Part shown: positions 1-9,481 of the stretch, in pieces
Layout: each line of letters opens with the position of its first letter
How positions within the stretch are numbered: position 1 is the stretch's first letter
Source: an uncultured Prevotella sp.
GTDB lineage: Bacteria; Bacteroidota; Bacteroidia; Bacteroidales; Bacteroidaceae
Assembly (NCBI GenBank): GCA_938028745.1
Contig: CALIZL010000019.1
Coordinates: 47,193-111,192, forward strand
Length of the DNA stretch: 64,000 nucleotides
Reading direction: 5' to 3'
The notes under the pieces: generated by a model
Database searches by the model: none
What the model was told of the DNA's origin: nothing
The model's input: the letters and a program-made list of their open reading frames with translations, nothing else
Program-made: the position numbers and the translations under genes

Positions 1-1752
1 AAAGCGTTGGTTGTTGATGTCTTTACTTAACGGCGTTGGCTTGCGGAAATCCATTGGCGTGCCAGCAACTTTCAGCATTTGACCAGTAGGCATATAGGTA
101 GTGTCGGCAGGCGTATAGCGGTCGGCGTTGATGTAAAGCACTTGGTTCTCGCCATGTTGCGAAGGATTGCCGTTGAGGTTAAAGTACGAGTGGTTGGTCA
201 TGTTGATAACCGTTTTCTTATCTGTTGTGGCATCATAACGAATGTCAATGGCGTTGTCGGCCGTGAGTGTATAACGCACAGTGGCACGAACAGTGCCAGG
301 AAAACCATTGTCGCCATCGGGCGAAACAAGGCTCATCTCCACCGTTGAGTCGTTAAGTTGCTTACCATCATACACTTGATATTGCCAACCCGTAAAGCCT
401 CCATGCAGGCAATGCCCATAATTGTTGCGGGGCAGTTGCACTGTTTTGCCGTCTACAACGATGCGTCCCTGGTTAATTCGGTTGGCGTAACGTCCGATTG
501 CCGCACCAAAATCCGACCCGAAATGCTGATAGTCGGCATACTGGGCAATGTTGTCGTAACCTAAAACCACATCGCGCAGTGTGCCACGCCTGTCGGGAAC
601 CATGATAGAAACAATGCGCGCACCAAAGTTTGTCAGGCAAACTTCCATGCCTTTATTGTTAACCAACGTGTAAAGACGTGTGCGTTTACCATTGATGCTG
701 GCCTCGAAATCGTTGGGATATAGTCCTGAACGCGTAGCCACACCACGACTACCAGACTTCACTGTTGGCGCTGTGCCCGTCTTCGAAGGTTCGTTTCCCG
801 ACACCAAAGGCCACCCTTCGGCCCACTCTATGCGGTCGAGCCACACCACCCGACCATCATCGGGGTTGGATGCCTTAAAGCCATGATAAAACATATAGTC
901 GTTGCCCGCATCGTCGGTAATCAGTCCTGCGTTGTGCCCAGGGCCAACAACATTGCCATTCTTACTCAACAACACATCGTAATGGTTATCGAGCAGACGC
1001 TGGCCAGCTTTGTTTAAGTAGGGTCCGAAAAGACTCTTAGAGCGGCCAATGGTTATTCGGTACGTGCTACGAGCCCCCTCGCAGCAAGTGCCTGCCGACC
1101 CGAAGAGGTAATAATATCCCCCACGCCGCCTGATGTAAGTTGCCTCCATAAACGTTCCTGCAACCTTGCGTGGCTTAACGCCCTGCTTTACATGCAAGCC
1201 ATCGGCACTCAACTCTACACCGTAAATGCCATGAAACGAACCGAAGAAAAGATATTTCTTGCCCCCGTCTTCGATATAAAAGGGGTCGATACAGTTTTGA
1301 ATGCCAATCTGTTTGCTTGTAAACATACAGCCGCGGTCGACAAAGGGACCGGCAGGACCATTGCTCACAGCAACGCCGATACCTGCATCCCATTCACCGC
1401 CCCATACCGATTTAGAATAGTACAGGTGGTATTTACCGCCAACGCGCTGAATGTCGGGCGCCCAAATACCGCCTTTCGGTAGCCATTTGGGGCGCGAATT
1501 GTCGGTAAAAGCCGTGCCCACCAACTTCCAATCAACAAGGTTAGTCGAGTGGTATATGGGTACGTTGCGCGTATCTTCTGTGGCATAAAGATAGTATGTG
1601 CCGTCTTCGGCGCGTATCACCGTAGGGTCGGGCGCACTTTTGTCTATCACGGGGTTACTGTAAGTCGACGTCTGTGCCAACGAAAATTGGGCTGACAGCG
1701 ACAGCCATGCAAGCAATGTCGCCGTAAGAATGGGTTTTACTGAATGTCTCAT
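1..1752 (-). CDS. Secreted GH43 glycoside hydrolase fused to a C-terminal aldose 1-epimerase (galactose-mutarotase-like) domain. Partial: the C-terminus runs off the window start.
   Basis: Manual minus-strand translation from the ATG at 1750-1752 is open all the way to position 1 (584 codons). The ORF track does not list it because there is no stop within the window. The N-terminus is MRHSVKPILTATLLAWLSLSAQ (signal peptide). GH43 motifs are present (NPVIDKSAPDPTVIRAEDGTYYLYATED, GGIWAPDIQRVGGKYHLYYS). The C-terminal half has mutarotase motifs (FGSDFGAAIGRYANRI, GTPMDFRKPT). Confidence 0.8.
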   Translation of the reverse strand, partial: MRHSVKPILTATLLAWLSLSAQFSLAQTSTYSNPVIDKSAPDPTVIRAEDGTYYLYATEDTRNVPIYHSTNLVDWKLVGTAFTDNSRPKWLPKGGIWAPDIQRVGGKYHLYYSKSVWGGEWDAGIGVAVSNGPAGPFVDRGCMFTSKQIGIQNCIDPFYIEDGGKKYLFFGSFHGIYGVELSADGLHVKQGVKPRKVAGTFMEATYIRRRGGYYYLFGSAGTCCEGARSTYRITIGRSKSLFGPYLNKAGQRLLDNHYDVLLSKNGNVVGPGHNAGLITDDAGNDYMFYHGFKASNPDDGRVVWLDRIEWAEGWPLVSGNEPSKTGTAPTVKSGSRGVATRSGLYPNDFEASINGKRTRLYTLVNNKGMEVCLTNFGARIVSIMVPDRRGTLRDVVLGYDNIAQYADYQHFGSDFGAAIGRYANRINQGRIVVDGKTVQLPRNNYGHCLHGGFTGWQYQVYDGKQLNDSTVEMSLVSPDGDNGFPGTVRATVRYTLTADNAIDIRYDATTDKKTVINMTNHSYFNLNGNPSQHGENQVLYINADRYTPADTTYMPTGQMLKVAGTPMDFRKPTPLSKDINNQRF

Positions 1753-4700
1753 TGTTCTTTATTAAATTCTTTGGGCAAAATGCCAAACTGTTCGTAAAAA
1801 CATTTGGTGAAATAACTTGGACTAGAAAAGCCCACGTTGTAACACACTTCGTTCACTTTCTTATCGCCTGTTTTAAGCATTTCGGCTGCTGCTTTAAGTC
1901 TTTCTATACGTATATAGTTGTTGGGCGACTGGTCTAGCGTGCCGCGCACCTTGCGGTTAAGGCTCGTGCGGCTCATGTTCATCTCAGCCGCCAAGAGGTC
2001 TACGTTAAAGTCGCTGTTGCCGATATTGCGCATAACAGCCGCCTTTAACCTTTCCAAGAACTCGGCGTCGGCAGGACTGATAGAGGCAGATGACGCCGAA
2101 ACAAATGGCGAAGTGGCATACATCTTTTTTATTTCCTCGCGCTGCCGCAATAGGTTTTGCACAGTTTGAGAAAGGAAGTTCATGGAGAATGGTTTCACGA
2201 TGTAGGCATCGGCACCGCTTTCCATTCCTTCCATCTTACCTCGTTCGGAGGTGACGGCCGTTAATATGATTACGGGAATGTGCGAAAGGTCGACGTTGTA
2301 CTTAATGCGACGACACAGTTCCATGCCGTCCATCGGTTCCATCATCACGTCTGTAACCACAAGGTTCACGTTGTTACGCTCCATTTGCAACAAAGCCTCT
2401 TCGCCGTCGGTGGCTGTAACGATGTTGTATTCTTTTTCCAAGCACCGCTTTTCGTACTCCAACATCTGCACATTATCCTCTACAAGCAGCAGCGTGTAGG
2501 GTTTGGTCTGCGCCTCTTGCGTGGTTGCGAGTTCGGTTTTCGCAGGCGTTATGTCCCCTATTCCATTGCCTCCCAACCTTACGGGCACTTCTTGCACCAA
2601 GGGCAAGGTAAGCACAAACACATTCATATCCGCCTCATCGCCCATGCGCAAATGACCATTGTGCAGTTCGGCCAGCGAACGAGCAAGGGCTAAGCCAATG
2701 CCCGTGCCCGATGTAGAGTGTTCGGCCGTGTCGATATGGAAGAAAGGCTCGAATATCTTTTCACGCAAATCCAAAGGTATGATGTTGCCATCGTTGGCCA
2801 CGGTGAGGAAAAGTTGCGTATCGTCGGTCTTCAATGTCACCGAGATATACGACAGACAGTACTTCACTGCATTGTTAATCAGGTTGCTTACAATCTTGGT
2901 AAAGCCCTCGTGGTCTACATAGCCATGCAGGTTGTTGCCTTGCAACGATAACGTGGCGTTGATGTTTTTCTCGCGCATTGCCGAACGGAAACGGTTATAT
3001 ATGTCGGTAACCAGTTTCGTGAGGTTGCAATATTCGAAGTTGAGGCGTAGGCCGTCTTTCTCTGTTTTGCGAAAATCCAGCAGTTGGTTTATTAGGTCGG
3101 TAAGCCTTTGCGTATTCTCGTACATGATGTTGAGGTCGTCTCTCACATCATTGTCTTTCACCTTCTGCGTGCCGAGAATGTTTTCCAACGGCCCTAAAAT
3201 CAGCGTAAGCGGTGTGCGTATCTCGTGCGCCACGTTGGTAAAGAAGTGTATCTTGCTTTGATATAGTTCTTGTTCTTTGCGCGTTTCGAAGGCCTCCATA
3301 GCCTGTCGGCGGCGCATTTCGGCACGGCGATTCCAATAACGCATCATCAACCACACCAAAACGGCGAGCAAAACCACATAAAATAGTTTGGCCCAAATGG
3401 AGAATAGGAAGAATGGGCGCACATCGATGTCTAGCTTATACTCGCCAGGATAAGCCTTTCCGTTTTGGTCTTTCATGCGCACAATTAGCTGATAAGAGCC
3501 AGCAGGGAGGTTGGCGTAGGTCATAAAGAAGTCTGCCCCCATAGGTTGCCAACTCTTGTCGAACCCTTCGAGCTTGTATTCTAACGCTCCCCAATTTTGC
3601 CTTGAATAGCTTAGGGGTACAACATGCAACCTAAATGAATTTTGGTTGTAAGCCAACGATAGCTTACGAGTAAACACAATGTTTTGTTCCAAGGGTGTGC
3701 CCTTTGTGAAGTTATCAACGTGTTCGTTACCTATATATAAATCGGTGGCCACAAGTTGGGGCATGCGCTGTTCTTTTTTCAATGCCGAAGGCGAAAAGCG
3801 CACAATGCCGCTAAGACTTCCAAAGTAAACGCGTCCACGCTTGTCGATGAGCGACGAGTTATAGTTAAACTGGTTGTCGAGCAGCATCGTGCTGTTATTA
3901 TAGGTGCGTACGTCGCCGCTATGGGGGTCGTAGCGCACAAAACCAGCATAGCCTGAAAGCCAAAGCACACCATCGCCATCTTCTTCCATGCGGAAAAACG
4001 TAGACGTACTGTTAAGTACACCTTGCTGTAAAGGTTTGAAACGGCGAGTGGAAAAGTTGAACCTGCACACGCCACCGCCCTGCGTTGTCACCCAAATAGT
4101 GCCTTCGCTATCTTCGAAAATGCTCAGGGCCTTGTTTGAAGTAAGCCCCGATTGGGTTGCTTTAAAGTTTGTCCAGCGGCCATTGTGCCGCATAAATACG
4201 CCATTGGTTTGTGTGGCTAGCCATAGGTTTCCGTGCGAATCGAAACTTACATCGTTGATGAGCACGGGCGGCACGGCTTTATCGTAGACAAAAGATTGGG
4301 TGTTGGCATCGTAGGTACATAGTCCACGTATGGTTCCAAGGTACATTACGCCCTGCGGCGAACGCGCTATACTAAATATGGTGTTATCGTGGAGCGACCC
4401 CAAACGGCCGTCGGCCTTGAACGATTTCACTACTTGGTGGGTGCGCGTATCAATAACTTTTAGGCCCGAAGCAAAGGTGCCCACCCACAATTCGTTGCCA
4501 TCCACACAAAGTCCATGCACGTTTGGGAAGGCGTTGCTGGCCGCAATATGGCTAAATGTTTCGCTGTCGGGTTCCATACAGTTCAGTCCGCCGTCTTCTG
4601 TTCCTATCCATATTCTCCCTTGTTTGTCCATAACCATCTCGCGCACGCGCCGCCCATGCAGTCCGTTTCCGCTACCTTGTGGCACAAAACGTTCGAAAAC

Positions 4701-5741
4701 GGGGTGTATGGCAGGCAAGTAATTCAGTCCGCCAAAATAAGAACCAGCCCACAAACCACCCTCGCGGTCTTTGTAGAGGCAATAAAGCGGATTATCGGAT
4801 ATGGAGAAAGGGTCTGTGGGATTATAGGTAAAGTGTTGGGTGGCGTGGGTATCTAGGTTGTAAACCAGCATGCCTTGCTCGGTTGCCGCCCATATCTCAC
4901 GATGACTTAGTATAAGGTTACGCACGAAAAGTTCCTTTCCTTCGATACTGGTTACTAGGGGCTCGAAACTGTGGCGTGCAGCATCTATAAGCGAAAGTCC
5001 TTGTCGGTCGGTGCCAATGGCGTAGCGCCCGTTGCCCAAGGGCAGTATGGCCGAAACAATGTTTCCTGCAAAGGGCGTTTGCCCATCTTGTGTGCGAAAG
5101 GGCGTAAGCGTGCGAAAGGCGTGGTCGGTGGTGTATAGTCCGCCTCCGAAAAGGCCGAGCCACACCGCCCCATTGTCGCCAATGGCCATGCCTGCAACGT
5201 TGGGATACCCCTTCAAGCGGAAGTGTGAAAGGTGGTTGCGACGTAAGTCGTAGCAGAAAACTCCCTGTTCGTTAGCCGTGATGTATATCTTATCGCCATG
5301 ACCTTTTATCACGTTCACCATGTTGGTGATGCTCACACCGTCGGCACTTCGTTTGTCGAAACGGCTGAAAGAGTCGGTCAATGGACTGTAAATCCACACG
5401 CCACAATCAGTTCCCACCCATATTCGGCCGTTCGCGTCTTCAAAAAGCGCGTTGATATAGCTACTGCCTAGGCTATGTCCGTCGGGATAGCTGTAATACC
5501 ATTTAAATAAGGTGCCGTCGTAACGGTTTAGTCCTGATTTCGTTCCAATCCACATCAGGCCTGTTCGGTCTTGCAAAATGGCGAGCACGGTGCTTTGCGA
5601 CAGTCCCGACTCCACGCCGATATGCCTGAACAGGATGTTGCTCCTGCCTGTCATGCCGACAAGCAGAAGCAACGCTGCTATCATCAATCTTATTCTCCTC
5701 ATTTGCATTAGTTTGTTGCGTAAAGGTACGAAATTATTCAA
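1749..5741 (-). CDS. Hybrid two-component system sensor histidine kinase / response regulator with an AraC-type HTH (HTCS), the usual regulator type for a polysaccharide utilization locus (PUL)
   Basis: The 1330-aa ORF has an N-terminal signal/TM, periplasmic β-propeller/Y_Y_Y-type repeats, a HisKA motif (FFTNVAHEIRTPLTLI), an HATPase region, a receiver domain (LLLVEDNVQMLEY...VTDVMMEPMDG) and a C-terminal AraC HTH (YNVGFSSPSYFTKCF). Its stop (TGA at 1749-1751) overlaps the ATG of the downstream GH43-mutarotase gene (ATGA). Confidence 0.9.
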   Translation of the reverse strand: MNNFVPLRNKLMQMRRIRLMIAALLLLVGMTGRSNILFRHIGVESGLSQSTVLAILQDRTGLMWIGTKSGLNRYDGTLFKWYYSYPDGHSLGSSYINALFEDANGRIWVGTDCGVWIYSPLTDSFSRFDKRSADGVSITNMVNVIKGHGDKIYITANEQGVFCYDLRRNHLSHFRLKGYPNVAGMAIGDNGAVWLGLFGGGLYTTDHAFRTLTPFRTQDGQTPFAGNIVSAILPLGNGRYAIGTDRQGLSLIDAARHSFEPLVTSIEGKELFVRNLILSHREIWAATEQGMLVYNLDTHATQHFTYNPTDPFSISDNPLYCLYKDREGGLWAGSYFGGLNYLPAIHPVFERFVPQGSGNGLHGRRVREMVMDKQGRIWIGTEDGGLNCMEPDSETFSHIAASNAFPNVHGLCVDGNELWVGTFASGLKVIDTRTHQVVKSFKADGRLGSLHDNTIFSIARSPQGVMYLGTIRGLCTYDANTQSFVYDKAVPPVLINDVSFDSHGNLWLATQTNGVFMRHNGRWTNFKATQSGLTSNKALSIFEDSEGTIWVTTQGGGVCRFNFSTRRFKPLQQGVLNSTSTFFRMEEDGDGVLWLSGYAGFVRYDPHSGDVRTYNNSTMLLDNQFNYNSSLIDKRGRVYFGSLSGIVRFSPSALKKEQRMPQLVATDLYIGNEHVDNFTKGTPLEQNIVFTRKLSLAYNQNSFRLHVVPLSYSRQNWGALEYKLEGFDKSWQPMGADFFMTYANLPAGSYQLIVRMKDQNGKAYPGEYKLDIDVRPFFLFSIWAKLFYVVLLAVLVWLMMRYWNRRAEMRRRQAMEAFETRKEQELYQSKIHFFTNVAHEIRTPLTLILGPLENILGTQKVKDNDVRDDLNIMYENTQRLTDLINQLLDFRKTEKDGLRLNFEYCNLTKLVTDIYNRFRSAMREKNINATLSLQGNNLHGYVDHEGFTKIVSNLINNAVKYCLSYISVTLKTDDTQLFLTVANDGNIIPLDLREKIFEPFFHIDTAEHSTSGTGIGLALARSLAELHNGHLRMGDEADMNVFVLTLPLVQEVPVRLGGNGIGDITPAKTELATTQEAQTKPYTLLLVEDNVQMLEYEKRCLEKEYNIVTATDGEEALLQMERNNVNLVVTDVMMEPMDGMELCRRIKYNVDLSHIPVIILTAVTSERGKMEGMESGADAYIVKPFSMNFLSQTVQNLLRQREEIKKMYATSPFVSASSASISPADAEFLERLKAAVMRNIGNSDFNVDLLAAEMNMSRTSLNRKVRGTLDQSPNNYIRIERLKAAAEMLKTGDKKVNEVCYNVGFSSPSYFTKCFYEQFGILPKEFNKEQ

Positions 5742-5762
5742 ACAAACCGAAAAACGGCTATA

Positions 5763-7757
5763 TTATTTCAAGAAATCTGTTGTACGATTAGGCGAATATA
5801 GTTCCCAAAGGGAGGCAATCGTCCAGCCAGGCGCAAAGATGTCGTTATAAAATCCTTTGCCATTGTGTCCGTAATCCCACGTGGTATGCTGCACCACTTC
5901 GGGGTAGAAACCCTGCTTACCCACGCCGCAAAGGTTGTTGGCAACAGGCAACAGCTGACTAAGCGAAGACGTAATAACATCGTACATGCCCTTAAAACGC
6001 TGCTCGCCGGTTTGCTGAGCCAGCCAGCTAAGGATGTGGGGAAGTTCGAAAACAAACACGTCTATATGGTTATTCTCTACCGAAACATTACCCCATCCGC
6101 GTGTTTTCAGTCCCAGTTCGCCTGTCATCTGCCCAGGCGCAAAAGGCACATCCCACGTGTAATACCACGAGATGGCGAAGTATGCGGCTTGCTTACACAG
6201 GTCGATATAATGCTTTCGCTCCTCGCCCTTAGTAACCATAGCCAGATAATAGGCGGCTGTTACGGCGGCTATGGCGGCCTCCTTGTCTTCGCAATTGGCA
6301 TCGAGCGTAGACGAGAAGTAGTCGCTTTGCGAGATAATGTTCTTCTCCACATATCTTACCGTTCGGCGAGCGGCTTGCAAATAGTTCTTGTTGCCGAAGT
6401 ATTTCCAACCCATCACCAATGCAGAGGTAGCCGAAGGAGTGCTACCTCCCGATGCGTCGACGTCCGTTCCATCAGACTTAAACTTACGAGCGAAGTGACC
6501 ATCATCTTTTATTAAGGCAACGAAGTTATCGAGAATGGTACGTATGCGCCGCTCCCATTCTACGTGGCGACGACCGCGGCTCTTCTCGTATTTTAAATAA
6601 TGTAGTACAGCATACACGGCCTCGCTTTGCTGACGAATGGAATGGATGCTTTCTTTTGGGAAACCGTCGCGGAAGTTTACGAAGTCGTGCAGGTAGCCGC
6701 CTTCCCCAAATCCGTTGCTCAGAAAACTGTCGAAGATGGCTTGTCCCTTGTTAACTAGCTCTTCGTCTTTTGTTTCGACACCGTATTCTATCTCGTTGAA
6801 GGCATTAAGCAACACACGTCCGCAAAAGCCTATCTGCATTTCTGTTTCCGGTAGGCAGTCGTTAACCCGAAGTGAGAGCCCCGAATTGTATTTCAATGGG
6901 TAGCGGTCTACGAACGAATGGCGGAAGTAATCGCTGAGGGCAGCTTTCACTTCTGCACCCGTGTAGGCACTTTTCAAGGGTTGTGGCTGCATGCGGTCGT
7001 AGCTATACTGCCACACTTGCGTAACAAAGCTGCCGAAATCATTGGCTTTATAGCGACGTATGCGCCAACGCAAGGTTTGCTGTTCACCCTTTTCTAGCTT
7101 GGCAAAAGCCGTTACGGGGTCTATGAGCGTTAGTTTGCGGATATATCGTTTGGGAGTTTCCTTATAAGGATAGCCAAACTTTAAGGCCACGGTGTTTGCC
7201 TCGCCGTCGAAACCTGCATAACCCACGGATGTGCGCCCAGGAAGTATTATCTCGCCCGTAGTTAGCTGAACTTGTACGTCGCAAGGTGTGTCTAACACGC
7301 GCAATACAGATATGCCTTGCCCATCATGTGGGTTAAAAGCACTAGTTAAGGGTGTAGACATACGGTCTTCTCTAAAACACCAATGCTTACTGGTTTTGAA
7401 GGAAGGGGCCTCTTGGGGTGAGCGCATGTTGCGATGATACCAGAAACCAGGTATGTAAAACTCAGTCTCGCTAGACGACAAGCCTGTGTTGAGGCTGAGC
7501 TCAAGATGGAAATACACCTTTTCGCGCGCCGAGAGGGTGACGGTCAGCAGTTCGTCGTCGCCGTCTTTTGTAGTAGAAGACACAATGCCTAATGGTCCAT
7601 CGGTCGCCCAATGCTGCCCTTGTTGTTGCAATTGGCGCGTTTCAGACGGATTGCCTGGCGTTTTTAGGCTAAGCGACATCGACAAGCCTTGCGCTTGTAA
7701 CGGACCAATGTTCGCTACAAACGCCCAACCTAGCAGAATGACTTTTATTCGTTTCAT
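5763..7757 (-). CDS. Secreted 664-aa protein of unrecognised family, with an N-terminal β-rich region and a C-terminal α-rich region. Possibly an (α/α)6-toroid glycoside hydrolase/lyase-like enzyme.
   Basis: This is a long ORF with a signal peptide (MKRIKVILLGWAFVANIGPLQAQ). It sits between the HTCS and the IPT/TIG gene in the same orientation. I could not find a diagnostic catalytic motif by eye. Confidence 0.5.
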   Translation of the reverse strand: MKRIKVILLGWAFVANIGPLQAQGLSMSLSLKTPGNPSETRQLQQQGQHWATDGPLGIVSSTTKDGDDELLTVTLSAREKVYFHLELSLNTGLSSSETEFYIPGFWYHRNMRSPQEAPSFKTSKHWCFREDRMSTPLTSAFNPHDGQGISVLRVLDTPCDVQVQLTTGEIILPGRTSVGYAGFDGEANTVALKFGYPYKETPKRYIRKLTLIDPVTAFAKLEKGEQQTLRWRIRRYKANDFGSFVTQVWQYSYDRMQPQPLKSAYTGAEVKAALSDYFRHSFVDRYPLKYNSGLSLRVNDCLPETEMQIGFCGRVLLNAFNEIEYGVETKDEELVNKGQAIFDSFLSNGFGEGGYLHDFVNFRDGFPKESIHSIRQQSEAVYAVLHYLKYEKSRGRRHVEWERRIRTILDNFVALIKDDGHFARKFKSDGTDVDASGGSTPSATSALVMGWKYFGNKNYLQAARRTVRYVEKNIISQSDYFSSTLDANCEDKEAAIAAVTAAYYLAMVTKGEERKHYIDLCKQAAYFAISWYYTWDVPFAPGQMTGELGLKTRGWGNVSVENNHIDVFVFELPHILSWLAQQTGEQRFKGMYDVITSSLSQLLPVANNLCGVGKQGFYPEVVQHTTWDYGHNGKGFYNDIFAPGWTIASLWELYSPNRTTDFLK

Positions 7758-7939
7758 CGTTTTCTCTGTTGTTTTTATGCTGTGAATATCGTCAATAACA
7801 GTTGACGTTATCTATCTTCAGGCCATACCGTCTCTCTATGCGAAAGACGCCAAACAAGTAACCTACCGTGGCATCGCCAACCATTTGGCCATGCAACCTA
7901 AAAGGCTTGGCGACGCCACGTATGGTTAAAGGTGTGTTT

Positions 7940-9430
7940 TCAACGGCTTATTGTTCTCACACTCTTATAATAGGTGTCGAAAACGTAGAATGTTTCGGTA
8001 CGCTCATCATAGGCAATGCCCGTAGGACTTCCAAAGCGTGCCGTCTCTCGTAAGTCGCCATCATCAGGCCCCCAAGTGTTGCCATCGCCCATGGCCGATG
8101 TTGCTCCACGCCCTGCAAAGGTGCAAACACGACCTTCGGGTGTGAGGTAACGCACGCAATAGTTATCGTAATCGCAGAAGTAGAAGTCGTAAACATCTTC
8201 CTTGCCCTGTGCCGCGTAGTCTGCATTCTTCACAAATATGCCTTGATAGGGGAAGTTCATTAACGTGCCGTCGCCCTTACCATCGGCCCATCCCTTCACG
8301 CCTTGCTGCCCCGAAACGAGGTAAGGCTGCTTGAAACGCTTGGTGGCCTCATCGTAATCCATACGATAGATACAGTGTTGGTTCAGTGCTATTACGTAAG
8401 CGTACTTGCCTGTGGGGTGCATGGTGATGTTAAAGTTCCAACGACTAGCACCAAGGGTGAGCATTTGCTCATAGTTGTTGCCCGTGAGATATGGGTCCCA
8501 AGGAGTTGTTTCCGAGGCATTGGCATAATATTTGGCCACGTCAAGGCGATAAATCGCATTGTTGCCGTAGCTGTTAAAGTATAGTTCTCCGCTGACAGGG
8601 TGCACGGCAACGGTGTTACATTGCTTGTAAGCGGCCAGCACCTCGCACTTAGACCCGTCTGTAAAGCTGCCATCGGCGTTGCGTTTAACAATCCATACGC
8701 TTGTAGAACGCTCTCCGCTGTCGTCGCGGTCGGTAGCAACCACCATGTCGCCCTTTGCCGTAAAGTCTATTGCACGTAAGCGCTTACCTTCGAAACACTT
8801 ACTGCCGTGCATCACGGTAGTAACAGTCTTCGCCTTTAAGTCGAAGAGTTGCACACCATAGCCACTATAATCGAAGTCTTCGTATGCAACATATAGGTGG
8901 TCGTGGTTCTGCGGGTCGAACTTCATAAAGGCGGCTTGCTTGCCGAAAGTGGCCGAACCGTCGTCCTTGCCCGTACCAAATTTACCATCGTTCCACCCTG
9001 GGTCGCCGTCGCTTATGCGGTAACCTATCAGCGTGCGCACCATCAACGGACTGGCGTATGCAAACATTGTAGTGGCCTTGGCTGATTGTTGAGCCACCTT
9101 CACCTCCACTTCAAACCGTCCCGACTCGGTCCAATAGGGCACGATACAGCCAATACTGTCGGCCTTTACGTACGTTAGCTTAGCAGTCTTTCCGCCAATC
9201 GTTACGTTTACCTGTTTAGAGTCGAGTCCGAAGTTTGTGCCATAGATAACCATTTCTTGGCCTTCGCTGCCCTCGGCAGGCGTAAAACGACTGATAGTTA
9301 CAGGCACATTGGGGTTGTAACTCGGAGTGTTGTCTTCGTCTTTATCGCCGCAAGCAGCAATATTGCCACACAAAGCGGCTATGAAGAGCGCGTATATCCA
9401 ACGCCTCATTGTGGGTTTATTCCTTTTCAT
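7940..9430 (-). CDS. IPT/TIG-domain plus NHL/β-propeller surface lipoprotein (PUL-associated)
   Basis: It has a lipoprotein signal (LFIAALCGNIAACGDKD) and an IPT/TIG-like N-terminal region (VTISRFTPAEGSEGQEMVIYGTNFG). It is about 50% identical over its full length to the IPT/TIG protein at 19632-21116. Confidence 0.75.
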   Translation of the reverse strand: MKRNKPTMRRWIYALFIAALCGNIAACGDKDEDNTPSYNPNVPVTISRFTPAEGSEGQEMVIYGTNFGLDSKQVNVTIGGKTAKLTYVKADSIGCIVPYWTESGRFEVEVKVAQQSAKATTMFAYASPLMVRTLIGYRISDGDPGWNDGKFGTGKDDGSATFGKQAAFMKFDPQNHDHLYVAYEDFDYSGYGVQLFDLKAKTVTTVMHGSKCFEGKRLRAIDFTAKGDMVVATDRDDSGERSTSVWIVKRNADGSFTDGSKCEVLAAYKQCNTVAVHPVSGELYFNSYGNNAIYRLDVAKYYANASETTPWDPYLTGNNYEQMLTLGASRWNFNITMHPTGKYAYVIALNQHCIYRMDYDEATKRFKQPYLVSGQQGVKGWADGKGDGTLMNFPYQGIFVKNADYAAQGKEDVYDFYFCDYDNYCVRYLTPEGRVCTFAGRGATSAMGDGNTWGPDDGDLRETARFGSPTGIAYDERTETFYVFDTYYKSVRTISR

Positions 9431-9481
9431 ATTGTGGTTTCGTCTTAATGTTAACTATGTGTTTACAATCTTATGCCGCGC

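Noticed and set aside
5865-6515. A 216-aa plus-strand ORF, with similar antisense ORFs such as 12595-13170, 16534-17052, 40009-40617 and 49200-49685
   Set aside because: They are fully nested antisense to long, well-supported genes. They show no independent start or RBS context and no recognisable features.
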